From the human T2T-CHM13v2.0 reference genome, Homo sapiens, in the NCBI RefSeq assembly GCF_009914755.1, contig NC_060932.1: 64,000 bases of DNA; one strand, written 5' to 3'. Of this stretch, positions 40,661 through 56,800 are shown in pieces; within the stretch, counting starts at the first letter, position 1, and each line of letters starts with the position of its first letter. The position numbers and the translations under genes are program-made. The notes under the pieces are model-generated. The model did not search any database. It saw only the letters and a program-made list of their open reading frames with translations, and was not told the DNA's origin.

Positions 40661-42595
40661 ATTCAAAGTGAGTCACAGATGAATTCACTGCCCAGAGTTC
40701 TCCTAGTCTGTGAGATGGTCTGAGCTAAAATTGTACGATGAAAATTGAGAGGAAAATTGTGTCAATTCATCCATACTTCATCCCAAGAGTCACCTTGGTA
40801 ACCCTACAGCAGCTAGGGACTAAGCTGGATGCCATAAAACTTTTTCTGCAACCAAAACTCAAATAAAAATGCATATCAGCAATGACGTAGCCCAAAGGAA
40901 GCATTTTCAAAAGTCTGACACAATAGAAAGGAAATTAATTGAGAGCCACGTGACCTGATTAGATTTTCTTGAAATGTCCTGCAATTAGCTAGCTGTAACC
41001 TAGGGCATATCCCTTATTTATCTATAAATTTGAGTTGGACTCATTTTATAGAGCCCCTTCCAGAGTTATCACTCAAGATCCATTGCCATAGTCTTTCTTT
41101 TCTCTCATTCTGTTTTTCTATGACATACGAAAATATATGTGTCCAAAATTAAGAAAAATAAAAGAAATAAATATAATTAAGGGAAATATAAGAATTAAAG
41201 AGAAGGAAATAATTAAAGAGAAGAAATCTGTAAGTATTTATACTATCAGAGTGGCAAAAATTATTGCTACCATTAGAACCATCAGTAGACACCATCATTT
41301 ATCTGAGTAAGTTGAGCTACTCAATCATTAAGTATTGATTAAGCTCCTATGGCACATAGTTTTATATTATATTTATAGAATAAATGAGTATTAATAATTT
41401 GTTGGCATGTTTGTCATGTTTTGTTTTAACTTATAGGCTGAAAATTTCAGGTGATAAGTTTTGTTTTTACAATATATTCATATATTCAAATATTTTTGAA
41501 ATATACAATTTTAAATTATTTTTATCACGATCCATTCATTATCATGGCATATTTCAGAATGCCTTAAAGAATCTAGGGCCCTGCCCTCTAAGAATTTGCC
41601 TTCTAAAATGGAAGGCATTCTTTTGCATTCAAAATAGAATGTTACACTCATTTTCCCAGTAACTTTTTACAGCCTGTAAATTGTTATCTCTCTAACTACA
41701 TTTCTTAAAACAATATTGCCACTTGAGTGGAACCAATCAGATGGAATTATCCTTTAATGTCAAAATTCTGAGAGTCATTCCATGTAAATAGACTCTCATT
41801 ACTTCTGAATTCCAGAGGGAAAATGCATTTTTTTAAGATCATCATCATGAGCTGTGAATGAGTATTTAATTAAAAAAAAATGACTTCCCCTAAAAGGTGT
41901 TGCCTTCTAAAGAATAAACAAGTACTTGATATCATCTATTCTGCTTGGGTCCTATCAGGTCATTGAACTACAAAGAAAACCCCCTAAATATTTGTGGTTA
42001 AGGTTCCTGCCAAAATACAGCTTTTCTAAGAAGGCCCCCAACCACAAACCTACAGTTAAGGATTAACCTCTACAGTCAAATAATAATAATGCAAAATGTC
42101 CCTTCAAATGGTAAAGATTAATATTCCAGACAAGAGATTAGAGTGGAATTTAAAGCTCAAAAAATAGGACTAAAGTCCAAGATTAAGGGAGAATTTTCCT
42201 TGAGTTTTAAGGACTGGGCAGAGGTTCATAATTGGAGTTCTCTTAAAGAGGCACTATTTCTTTTTGAAATCAACATGCAGCAACATCTGTTAGTGAGCAG
42301 ACCTCTTGCTGGGCTAGGATTACTCTCTTACCATTACAAGTAGAAAAGTGCATGGCTTTGGCTTAAAAAAAGGAAATTTCTGATGGTGAATAAACATTAT
42401 ATTTAAAAACATAATATTTAAAAATTATTCAAAAGGGTCCAATGTCGTCAAAAAGAATAGGATAACATGCACTCCCTATAGAGATTGTGGTTAATAGAAA
42501 AGAAGGGAAGATACAAAGATGCAAAGATGCTTCTGGTCCTTGAGGATTTTATAGACCACTGAGGAAGAGGGATGTTCAGAGTAAGAAAGAGCTCA

Positions 42596-43409
<814 letters not shown>

Positions 43410-43537
43410 AAGAAAGAGCTCATTGTTCCAGCTAGGGTCAGAGAAAGCTTTACAGACAGGCGTGGAGAGCCTTGAAGAAACAATTACCAGGAGTTAGATA
43501 TAGGCAAGAGGGGGAAAAAGGATTCCAGACAAAGGGA

Positions 43538-43598
43538 TCAGCATGTGCATGGGTAAAGGCTCAGCACGTGCATGGGTAAAGGTTCAGGTAAAGGCTCA
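43538..43598 (+). repeat. 23-bp minisatellite (about 2.5 copies)
   Basis: tcagca(t/c)gtgcatgggtaaagg(c/t) twice plus a partial copy. Confidence 0.85.
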
Positions 43599-46500
43599 CC
43601 AACGTGAACGGTACTTTCTCACCTGGGAAATACGTGGTATGGTTTAAGTCTTTCAGAAGTTGCCATAGGAAGGTAGAAATACAGGGTTTAGCCATAAAGA
43701 TAGACCAAGGCCAGAACTTACAGGGCTTGGATGCAGTTTAAGAAGTTGGATGTGTATTACTTTCAAAGAGAAATATCAAAGACTTTTAAACGAGGGAATG
43801 AGATTAGCAAATTTGGGCTTCAGAAATGGAACTTCAATTAAACCCTTTTCAGTTTTCTTTCAGGGAGCCCTATCAAGTTCTACTTTTCCAGGTCAAATGG
43901 GTCTCAACTGAAGGTCAGGAAAGGCGCACAGGGAGGCAACATAGACCAGGCTCAGATCCTCCTGCTCTGGTATACCAGGGGGCTCACCATTTAAGTGCTT
44001 GATGTTTTGAGTTTGGTTTGGGGTTAACAATGACAGTTAAATTGCTTTTAAAAGATCTGGCTGCATTTTTTTTTTTAAGATTGAAAACCGCTGTTGTAGA
44101 AGATGAACAAGTTATTTTCCAGCCCTCCTTCCCAAAGGTTACCACTATCCTAAATTCTAAAGCTATATATTATTTTAGCATATTTTTATTTTATATAACT
44201 AAAATTATATAGTATATACTCTATCCTATGTTTTCCTTTATATAAACCTGGTTTGTAAAATTATCCATTCTATTATGTTCAATAATCATTAATTCATTTT
44301 TATCACTGAATGTAATGTATTGTATGTGTATACCACTATCCTTTCTACGGCTGATGGACACTTGGATTTTTTTCCCACTTTTGACCATTATGAATAATGC
44401 TCATAGGAACGCTCTTGTATTTGTCTTTGGGTGTATATATGTTTGCATTTCTGTCAGAAGTGGAACTGCTGGAGCATAAGATGTGTGTGTGTTTCACTTT
44501 AGTAGATATTACCAAACAGTTTTCCAAAATAGGTGTGCCAGTTTACATTCTCATCAACAATGCATGAAAGCTCCTGTTGCTTTCTACTCTCACCAAACCT
44601 TGTCAGATATTTTTAACACTGCCCGTTTTGATAGATGTGTAAGTGTTTCTCATTGCGGTTTTAATTTGCATTTCCCTGAAAATTACTGTCATTAACTATC
44701 TTTTTTTCTGTTTTATTGGCCATCTGGAAATTATCACGTGTCAGTTCATGTCCTTTGCTCATCTTTATTGAACCCAATAGACTTTTTCTTAATCTGTAGT
44801 AATTTGTTATATATTTGGATACAAGCCCTTCATCAGTTATATGTATTTCAAATATCTCCTGCTAGACATTTATGTTATTTCCAGTTTAAAGTTAGGAATA
44901 AAGATGCTATGAGCAATTATGCACAAATCTTTGTGTAGAAATATATTTTTATACTCTAGAGGAAATACCTGGGAATAAAATTGCTGACTTATATAGTAAG
45001 TGTATGTTTAACTCCATGCCAAGTTTCTACAGTGGTTACATTTTACATTCCCACCAGCAATGTATAAGAATTCAGTTGTTTGACATCTTTATTAAGAATT
45101 GTCATTGTACGCCACTCATTTATTTGCAGCCATTCCAAAAGATGTGTTTCACTATTTCAGTATGTCTTTTATTTGCGTTTCCCCAATGGTTATGAGGATG
45201 ACCATCTTTTTTAATGTGCTTATTAACCATTCACAGATTATCCTTTGTGAAATGTCTGTTTAAATTTTGCTCATTTGTATTGCGCTCTTACTAAGTTGTA
45301 AGAGTTCTTTATAGTTATATAGAAATATTTTATCTTATATGGGTTTTTCAAATATATTTTCCAGTTTATGTGGTTTGCCTTTTCATTTTATTAATGAGCA
45401 ATTTAGAAAAGCAGCAGCTTTTGATTTTAATGAGATGAAATTTATCCATTTCTTTACAGTTTGTACATTTTGTGATCCAAAACATCTTTGCTGACCACAA
45501 AAGTATATAAAGATATTCTCCCATGATTTCATCTAATGTTTTACAGGCTTAGCTTTTGTACTTAGACCTAGTATTCTTATATTTCAAGTCAAATTTTGTG
45601 TCTGATGTGAGGTAAGGGTCAAGTTTCATGTTGTTTATCTTTATGGATATGAAGTTATTCCAACACCACTGATTGAAAAGAATATCTTTTCCATATTGAA
45701 TTACCTTGGCACTTATGTCAAAAATCAATGGACTTCATATATGTGGGTTTATTTCCGGCCTTTGTATTCCATTCTGTCGATCACTACGTTCATTTTAGGT
45801 CAATAGTGTCCTATTATGATTACTGTAGTTTCTTAATGGTAAGTCTTGAAATCAGGTAACATATGTGCTCCCAATTCACTTACCTTTTTCAAAATTAGTT
45901 GCTTATTCTAGGTTCTTGGGATTTCTACATAAATTTTAGAATCAGCCTCTCAATTACCAAAAAGGTTCTTCATAGGATGTTGATAGTTTTGTGCAATTTA
46001 ATAATGATGTGTATTTTGGTTTTCTTCTTGTTTATCTTGTTTGTCTGCTTGAATTTCATTGGGCTTCTTGGATCTGTGGGCTTATTGTTTTCATCAAAAT
46101 TGGAAAAAAATTTGGTTATTAATTTTCAACTAGTTTTTTCTTCCCTCCCCTCTATCTGAGACTCCAATTACATGTACGTACAAGTCACTGAAGCACTTTT
46201 TTTTTCTCCGTCCTCAATTTTGGATAGTTTCTGTTGCTATATCATCAGGTTCTCTAAACTTTTCTTCCTCAATGTCTAATCTGCTGTAAATGCAATCTAG
46301 TAAATACTTCATATGCAGCATTTTTGCCTCTAGAAGTTTGTCTCAATAACCTCCATTTATTTCCTGATTTTCTTGTTTATCTTTAAATACTTGAACATAT
46401 TGAGTATGTTTACAATAGTACTTTTAATAATTATATCTGCTAACACCATCATCGCTGTCATTCCCTGTTCTATTTACATGGACTAATTTTTCTTCCAGTT

Positions 46501-46834
46501 AATGTGTCACATTTTCCTGCTTCCTGTTCTGTCTAGTAATTTTTTATTAAATGGTAAGCACTTTATATGTGTTTTTATTGTTGTTGTTGTTAGTGTCTGG
46601 ATTTTGTCATCTTCCTTTAAAAAGTGTTGAACTTTATCCTCAGAGGCAGTTCAGTTGCTGGCTAGTAAGCTTGATTGTTTTGAGACCTGTGGTTTTTTTA
46701 AGCTTTATTAGAGAAATCTAGGTTAGCTTTTACTGTATAGCTAGCTTATCTCTATTATTAAAGCATGACAAAAATTTCTGATGTCTCTACCGAATGCTTC
46801 AGATGATAAATGAAGACTATATTCTGGGTGAAAC

Positions 46835-47132
46835 TTTTTTTTTTTTTTTGAGATGGGGGTCTTCCCTTGTCTCCCAGACTAGACTGCAGTGGCACAATCT
46901 TGGTTCACTGCAACCTCCTCTTCCCAGCTTCAAGTGAATCTCATGCCTCAGCCTCCCAAGAAGCTAGGATTACAGGCGTGTACCACCACACCCGGCTAAT
47001 TTTTGTATTTTTAGTAGAGACTTGGTTTCACCATGTTGGCCAGTCTGGTCTCAAACTCCTGGCTTCAAGTGATCCACCCATTTCGGCTTCCCAAAGTGCT
47101 GGGATTGCAGGCATAAGCCACCACACCTGGCC
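46835..47132 (-). mobile_element. AluSz-like
   Basis: Full antisense dimer with poly-T. Confidence 0.9.
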
Positions 47133-47402
47133 AGCTGATAGAAACTTAAAGAGCTCACAGCTCTATGTAAACTCTTGGAATGGTTCATTTTACATCAATA
47201 TGGCCATTCTTTACATTGTCTTATGGGTTATTACCCTATTATTCTGCAAAGCCTAATAAGGACTTCTCTAGAGATTTTTGGAGCTCTCTTTCTGCTCTTT
47301 GGAGCTGTATGCTGCAACTTCCAGTGCTATACAGAATGTTTTTAAAGGGAGAGCTTGGGAAATCACAGGGATCAACTTGCATGGTTCCCTTCTGTCTGTT
47401 GA

Positions 47403-47831
<429 letters not shown>

Positions 47832-48099
47832 TGAAGATAAATAAGGCCATGTTATACCATCTTAGTCAGAAGCAGAAGTTCCCAAATCGATTAATTTGTT
47901 TAAGATTAAGTCAACCTTAAGTCCTGAATAAGCCTGATTTGGTCATTATGTATTCTTTTCATACATGATTGGATTTTATTTCTAGTATTTTGTCTGGTAT
48001 TGTTGTGTATATTTTTAAAAGATAATTGGCCCGTATTTTTTTTCTGTTTGAAGATAATTTTTAATGAGTATCTTGAGTCCCCTAATTTTGACACCAGTA

Positions 48100-48272
48100 A
48101 CATCTCGCCTCATCGCTTTTCCTGTGGGGATTCAGGCATGGTTCATCAGCAGAGGATGCTATTCTAGTCTGGCTGCTGCTCATGCTGTGAGTAATAATCA
48201 TCTGTTTCTCTGACCAGTTGGTCTTGTGTTTGTCAGAGTATGTAGCATAAAATCTCAGACCCTTCAGTTCCT
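48100..48272 (+). mobile_element. LTR40-family 3' fragment
   Basis: gctgtgagtaataa...tctctgacc...aaaatctcagacccttca. Confidence 0.6.
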
Positions 48273-48465
48273 TTCCTAACCCTTTCCATAATGTCCTTAT
48301 CAGGTTTTGGTATCAATATTGTTTGTACCAAAAGACATACTGGGAAATATTTCCTCTTGTTTATTCCCCAGAAAAAAAGTGTTAAATATTGGGGTTATAT
48401 TTTATTATCATTCTATTAAATGTTCAGAAGAGTTATCTAGGGAAGTTGTCTGGGCCTAGAGATTT

Positions 48466-48946
48466 CTTTGTGATAAAGTATTTCATTACAGATTCAATTC
48501 TTATAATAAATATGATTAATGTGGATATTTTGCATTGAACTATCTTCCATTTCACTTACCCTCTATTCAGCTATGTGTAAGCTAGTGTTAGATCCATTTA
48601 TTGATATTTTACTGGCTCTTTCCTTACCAAATTCTAGTCCTGGCTAAAATACCCTCTTAGCTATTTCTGCAAGTTCTTTGGGATGTCTCACATGTGTTCA
48701 TTAAAAGAGCCCCTCCACTTTCATGTAATATCTGGCATCTCTCCTCCTTTATTCTAGATCCTTATAAGGATATCTGTTGCCTAACCTACTGAGGGCATGC
48801 CAGAGAGAATCTGCCCAATGACAAAGAACTTTGTGAGAAAGTATTTCATTACAGATTCAATTCTTATAATAAATACGATTAATGTGGATATTGTGCATTG
48901 AACTATCTTCCATTTCACTTATCCTCTATTCAGCTATGTGTAAGCT
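48466..48946 (+). repeat. 118-bp non-tandem direct duplication
   Basis: 48466-48583 and 48829-48946 differ at only 4 positions. Confidence 0.95.
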
Positions 48947-49034
48947 GACTAGCATCAAGGCTCTTAAATTGGATGATACTGAACTGTGTTACAAAGTCCT
49001 GTGGATATTTTAGCAAACTAGCTTTTTAGAGTTT

Positions 49035-49662
49035 TTCAAATTATTTTTAAATGACAAATAAAAATGCATATATTTTGGTATACAACTTGATGTTTTGATA
49101 TATGTATAAATTGCAAAATGACTAAATCAAGTTTTTTAACATATGCATTACCTCACATACATATTTTCAGGGTGAGAACACTTAAAATATACTCTCTTAG
49201 CAATTTTCAAGTATACAATGTATTATTAACTACAGTCCCCATGATGTACAATAGAACTCTTTAGTTTATTCTTCCTGTATAACTGAAATTTTGTGCCCTT
49301 TGATCAACATCTCCCCAGTTCCCTCAGCCTCTAGCAACTATCATTTTACTCTCTATTTTTATGAATGTAACTTTTTTAGATTCCACATTTAAGTGACATC
49401 AAGTGACATTTGTCTTCCTGTGCCTGGCTTATTTCACTTAAAATAATGTCCTCCAAGTTTGTCCATGTTTTCTCAAATGAGAGGATTTCTTTTTTAAGAC
49501 TAAATAGTATTCATATATATATATATCTCTCACATTTTCTTCCTCCATTTATCCATTTATGAACACTGAGGTTGAGTCCATATCTTGGCTACTGTTAATA
49601 ATGCTGCAACAAACATAGGAATGCAGATATCTCTTCAACATACTGACATTCCTTGGATATAG
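49035..49662 (-). mobile_element. L1MA (MA7-MA9-like) 3' end
   Basis: gtgagaacacttaaaatatactctcttagcaattttcaagtatacaat. Confidence 0.8.
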
Positions 49663-50137
49663 ATGCCTTTAAGTTTTAACTGTTATATTATAGTCCCCTT
49701 ATCCTAGAACTTGGGGCTCTGTCCCTACACATAGGCCAAAGAACAAAGTGACAGCATCTTCTATGCTCCTGCTAAAATAAGTAATAATTACTGGTATGTG
49801 TTTACATGAATTTGACTCAATAATTTAGATAAGGAAAATAATAAAATCTTAAGTTCAAAACACAGACTTATGTCCCATTTAACTTCCTGTGTGGTCAGCA
49901 AAAAGATGACTTTATCTACTTGGGAATCTAGAAAGCCATGCCTTGATCTCCTCTGTCCTTATCATAGTTAGGAGAGGAAATTGTAAATGGGAGGCCCTTA
50001 GTAAAAGTTGCTGAATAAACAAACAAACACTGATATTAATGGTCAAGTCTCTGCTTCAGCTTAAATCACCCCTAGAAAGTTGCTTTAAAGTCTTTCATAT
50101 TATCCAAATCACAGAGGTGGGATCACTGAATCATAAC

Positions 50138-50561
50138 TTTTTTTTTCAATAGCTTTAGGCGTACACGTGGTTTTTGGTTACATGGATGAATTGTACAGTG
50201 GTGAAGTCTAGGATTTTAGTGTACCCCTCACCCAAGTAGTGTACCTTGTACCCAATAGGTGGTTTTGCATCCCTCAGTCCCATTCCACCCTCCTCCCTTC
50301 TGAGTCTCCAGTGTCCATTATGCCACTTTGTATACCTTTGCATACCCAGAGCTTAGTTCCCACTTATAAGTGAGAACCTGTGGTATTTGGGTTTCAATTT
50401 CTGAGTTACTTCACTTAGAATAATGGCCTCCATTTTCATCCAATTTGCTGCAAGAGACATTATTTCAGTATTTTTTATGGCTGAGTAATATTCCATGGTG
50501 TGTGTGTGTGTGCATATATATACATATATACATTTATGTGTGTATATATATTTTATATATA

Positions 50562-50593
<32 letters not shown>

Positions 50594-51036
50594 ATCTCAC
50601 ATTTTCTTTATCCACTCTGTTTGATGGGTACTTAAATTGATTCCATATCTTCGCAATTGTGAATTGTGCTGGAGAAACATACACATGCAGATGTCTTTCA
50701 GATACAGTGACTTCTTTTCCTTTGGTTAAATACTCAGTAGTGGGATTGCTGAATCAAATGGTTGATCCACTTTTAGTTCTTTGAGAAATTTCCACACTGT
50801 TTTCCTTAGAGGCTGTACTAATTTACATTCCCACCAGCAGTGTGTCAGTGCTCCTTTTCACCCCATCCACACCAACATCTATTGTTTTTTGACTCTTTAA
50901 TAATGGCCATGGCCATTCTGGCTGGGATAAGGTGGTATCTCATTGTGATTTTAATTTTCATTTCCCTGATTAGTGATGCTGAACATTTTTTCATACGTTT
51001 GTTGGCCATTTATATATCTTCTTTTGAGGCATGTCT
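50138..51036 (-). mobile_element. L1PB1-like 3' fragment with internal (TG/TA)n
   Basis: ttttcaatagctttaggcgtacacgtggtttttggttacatggatgaattg; TSD tgaa(t/c)cataac at 50127-50137 and 51037-51047. Confidence 0.85.
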
Positions 51037-52300
51037 TGAACCATAACATTTTGTCAGCTCATTTTATCTCTTTCTATAATCAGAGAAAGTGTTCAACCAA
51101 TATCATTATATATTGTTAAATTGTTACATATCACTAAAATATTGAAAGTATTTTCATTCTGATTAGTAAATAGCCACTGTCCTTAGTTCTATGAGTAGCC
51201 CACACCAATACTCTGCCCCCCACCATATTAATGCTCACTCAAGCAGCAAGGCTCCAGGCATCACTGCCCAAGCCAGTCAGCCATCACACACCCTATCCAT
51301 GCCCTACACCAGTGTCACCAGGGATCTCTGGTGGCCAGCAGGCCAGGCCTGGCCCTGCCTGTTCTCCCAGCTAAAGCATGCCTGAATTTAGGTAGAGGAG
51401 ATGGAAGACCTGCTGGTAGTTCTGGCTCCCCTCTGAGCAAATGCCCAATGTTATCTACACCCTCAAAGCTACCACAGGCAGAAACACCCCTATGACCACT
51501 GAGACATTTATAGCCAACAGACCTCTTTAGGTCTGAGAAAAGGGAAGAAACAAAGTGCCTATGGGGGAGATCTGAGGTGGGAAGGTGCTTAGGATATAGG
51601 ATATCTTTATGGAATCCTTATTGAAATTCATCTTGAGCAAATAAAATGAGTTTGTTAAAATTCACTAAATACTCTTTGTATGCATACAGCTTTCATTTTA
51701 TTAATAAAAAATAAACTGCTTTGAGAAAGTGCTTGCTATGTGTCAGGCACCACTCTAAATACACATTAACTTATTCAATAATTATGATTACTGGCATTGA
51801 TTGCATTTTTCACATGAGGAAATAAAGATAGTCAGAGGTTACTTAATAAAAAATCCAGGCACCCTGACAAGAAAAGTGTGCTCAACTATACTATAAAATG
51901 CTGCTTCTTTGCCAGCCTGAAGGATTGGGTTTCATTCAATCAAATGTAGCCTTCCAATATATAATTTTTGTTACCCAGTATATAACAGAGATATTGAATA
52001 TTCAATAGTTGTATAAAGAATTAAAATAATTAGAATATAATTTAATTGCCCTAAGTTCAGCAAATGATGAGAAGTTCAGCATGATTACAAGTAGCACTAA
52101 TGTTAAGAGCAATTCTCTACTTATGGAAATGTAAAAGTCATCTGAATATCAATTTAATTGGGAAGTGTTAGAAGATGCTGATGTGGTTACTGAAAGGTCA
52201 TCGTTAACTGGTCCAAGACTGGTCCTTTGCCAGCTATTCTCCCAGGGAAGGAACTGGCCTGCTTCAAGGCCTCAATTCAGCCACATTCTTAAGGCAGTCA

Positions 52301-52805
<505 letters not shown>

Positions 52806-53161
52806 TTATTTTTTAAGCATTGGTTAATTTGAACCAAACTCTTGAATCCACATGAAACCACTGGGCTTATCAACAAGTCGCAGTATATTTGAATTATATT
52901 CATATGCTTAGATTTCATGCAGTTTTCATGGCTTAAAACCCAGTCATATTTTTAAAATCTTATTTTTCTTTAGATATAAGCAAATGGGATGCAATTTGTG
53001 AATTTTTAAATTAATTGCAGGAGGCTGTGCTCTACATTTAAAACTATGTTGGCCATGGCTAGAAATCACCTATTTAATGTAAGCAAATGACTTCAATAAG
53101 ATTTGAACTATTACAAATCATAGCCCACTTTAAGACTGGTTAGTTATGATCCACAGCTCCC

Positions 53162-53163
<2 letters not shown>

Positions 53164-53206
<43 letters not shown>
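53164..53206 (+). repeat. (AC)n microsatellite, about 21 units
   Basis: Pure AC run. Confidence 0.95.
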
Positions 53207-53207
<1 letters not shown>

Positions 53208-53629
53208 TAACAAAGTAAGCCTGTTCTAGGTCCTCTCAGAAAAATATACTCTTGGCTTTATGAATTGGGTTGATATCAGATGACTGAAAGATATTTTCAG
53301 TCAGTTGCTGAGTTTTTGGGAAATGCAGCAGGTAGTAGAAAATTCAAGCAATCAGGGTACAATTAATGAACAATATATTATTTGGTTGTTGTTTTAATTG
53401 TGTTAAATTTTATTTTTAAAGATATTCAAAACTATTATAATTTGTAGATTTATATAAGAAAATGTTTGCGTGCACGTGTACATCTACTATTAAACTTTCA
53501 TCGTTCCTAAAAATCTTAAAGAATGATGCATTAAAAATCAAACACCGAACATTGAACCAGCTCATGTTAGGTGTCCAGTGTTTGGTTTTTAAAGCATAAT
53601 TCTAAGATTCTCAGGAACTAAGAAAGTTT

Positions 53630-53850
53630 TGTAGCAAATGATGTGCTGGGCATTGGACCACAAGCTTTACATGCATTATTTCATTTAATCTGCACATCCT
53701 CATTTGGTAGATAATATTTTCATGTCCATGTTTCATCTGGGGTTAAAGAGGTTAGGTAAATTGGGAAAGACAACACAGTTTGTTGAAGAGCTGGGGTTTT
53801 AAGTTTTAACTGTCCAAGAGTAAAGCCCTTAATCTGCATTATGCAATATT
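53630..53850 (-). mobile_element. MIR
   Basis: gctttacatgcattatttcatttaatc...agaggttaggtaaattg. Confidence 0.65.
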
Positions 53851-56800
53851 GCCTCCAAAACATAAAGTGCTTTCAGGTATACAAAGAATTTTCAAGTTTA
53901 TTTAATCCTCACAATGACCATTACGAGAGATGTGCACATGTTGTGGTGATTATATAGTGAAACCAGACTCAAACCCAGGGCTACAGCTGCCTTCACTTCA
54001 GCCTAATTTAAAAGAGAAAACTTCCCAAGTCCAAATGCTGTTGTGTTAACTAATAGCTAAAATCATTCACATATTTTCAAAATAGCCATGGAGGAAAAAA
54101 GGTTATTGCAGTAGGATGTAACACACCCTTGGGTATATCTAAAATATTTTTAAAACTTTTCCATATTTTTAGATTTAGCCTACTTCTCTTCCTACCATTA
54201 GGCGTTCTAAAAGTAAAATAGGAGGAAACACTACTTTTTGCTATTTAACTAAAAAACACTATGTCTTTTCTGGTAGTGGTGATCATTTTCAATTCAGAAG
54301 ATTTTTATAGACAGTTGATGAAAAAATAGAAAATAAAAAGAGTATAGAAATTTTTTAAGCTTTGCTTTTTACTAGAATTTTAAACATTCTTAGTAGGTTA
54401 TTTACTACCATAATTTACTTGGTCAGTTTTCTAAATTTTTAACAGAAAGGAGATGATAGGATTAGGGGTATTCTATTTACTTTACGGATCTAACTGCTGA
54501 AGTCGTCTTTTCAAAGTCATTTGGGGTAGTTTTTTAGAGCACTCAGCACTTTCCTGGGGATAGCCCTGTTGAGACCAATGGTGATGATTTAACTAATCAA
54601 CAGAATGGTAATATATATTAAATACGCCAAAGCAACATTTATGTTTTTGGTTTTCCTGCTATACTGACATTTGAAAACCAAAGAGCTTTTTCTTTAAGTC
54701 TGCCGCATATTTAATTGTTTTTTCTTCAGAATACAGTTTCATCAGCGGCATATTTAATTTGTACAAATATGTGCTTAGCAAAAATGAATAAAATGGAAAT
54801 GTCCTTGAAAACATTTTAAATACTATAAAATTATGCTTTGCATATTCATTTGTATATATGTTAATATAAACATAATTATTATACAAGGCTGTTTATATAA
54901 AACCATATATGCTCCACCTCATGGGACATCTAAGTAATTTTCAACGTAATTTTGACTCTATGTGATATTTGTATGCTCTAACTTAAGAAATTAGCCTCTG
55001 GTAAGATGTGGCACCACTGCATTCAAAATGGAAACAAATAATTTTTATTCTTTTTTTTAATTAAGAAGATCAAATTCCAGTTTTAAAACATTGATATTTA
55101 TTCTGAGTAGATATTCTGCATAGTTTCTCCAATAAACATTCCAATTAATTGATATGCAAATATGTACTCAATTTATTCTGGCCACTAAGATCACTTTGCT
55201 ATGGAAGAATCAAATGCCATGTATCCAAAAAAAATTATATGCAGATTGTTACTCTTAATTTTAAAAAACAGAATAGCTCGCTATGCCTTTAGATCCTCCT
55301 CTTCTATTCTTTTTTTTTTTCTGTCTGTTGAATGTGATTGAAGTGGCTGAGAAAGTTTTAACATCTTTAACCTTTAAGGAAGCCCTAAAAGCATTCCATG
55401 TTCTCCTGAACATCGTATGACACTGAAATAAGGTGGAACACCTTGCATCTAGAGTCCCTCTGATTTCCAGCCTGCAGCCTCTTACTTTTGAGCTTTAACA
55501 GTCTCAGAAACTGCAAAGAAAACAATATAAAAGCACCTCATAGATTACCAGACCATTACTAGTCCTAGGCACTTCAGCAGATGAAACCTCCTTGATCCCA
55601 CACTATAAAAACGCCTTCTGAAGGCTATTCAGCTCCTCTTTGATTCTTGGCCCAAGTCTTAATTTTCCCACAGAGCTGAAGCTCTGTATTTCATTAGGGA
55701 TATCATCTTAAATCCCTGTGTGCCCCTACTTGTTTCAAAGAGGTTTCTCTTCTACAGATTAATTTCTATCTATTTTGTAGGTGAACTAATGAGTATCAAA
55801 ATATATTTTTAAAACCTATTGATAATAAATACTGAGATTTTTTTTTTCAGATAAATCCCAATGGATACAAGGCTGAATTTTTTTTTCATTCCAATCTGAT
55901 ATAGTCACTTCATATTGAGTCCTTAGGTTAAAAACACACCATTAGGGTTAAGTCCAGATTTTGTTTCACAGCCTTCTAAGTTATTCTTGCACTTTGTCTC
56001 AACCAAATTTATAGACTTTAAAATGGCAATCTTGAAAAGTCATAAGATCTTTTTACTCCACACAGCATAGATAATATTGACAACAGAATTGGGGTCTTTA
56101 ATTCCCCCAATAAATATAAAATACAACAATCTTGAAATATGAAATCAATCCTTAGTACAACATGTTTATTCTGTATTCATGCTGCTTTTTTGTAAATGAA
56201 TTCCAAACAATCTACAAAAAGCCATAAAACATAAGCTTTCTTCCCAGGAATTATCTCATTTATAACTTGATCCTCAAAAAAAATGGCTTATAGATTCACT
56301 GGTTCATTTTTTGTTTAAAATGCCACCATAGCCATCACCTTTCCTTGACCATATAAATAACACGTGCGCATTATAGAAAATTTTCACAATGCAAACAAAG
56401 GGAAGAAGGTAAATGTCTGTTGAAATTATTTTTTCCTATAGTAATCTTTTGGGGTTAATTATTTACTGGAAATTTAAATTATTTACCATGGCATTAAACA
56501 CAATGGAAAAATTGAGTAGCCAGCAAAGTTCCTATCTTTTAGGACTTTAAACGCAAAGTTATATTTGCCTGAGCCAGTAGGTAAGCCATTTGTCACCGAG
56601 TAATCTATTTTAAAAAAAAACAATTATTCTAAAATGATATAACCATCATTTTAAGTTGTTAACTTAATTATATAGTTGCTGTTTAGAAACAAGCCAATAA
56701 GAAATAATTGCTATTTTAATAGAATCATTTGTCATAGGTATGTAAAGAGACACAGTCCAGTAGATCCAAATGTAGAGTAGGTAACACATGTTTAATATTA

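Noticed and set aside
54659-54886. 75-aa minus-strand ORF over the paired motifs
   Set aside because: TTG start, AT-rich, no splice context or homology.
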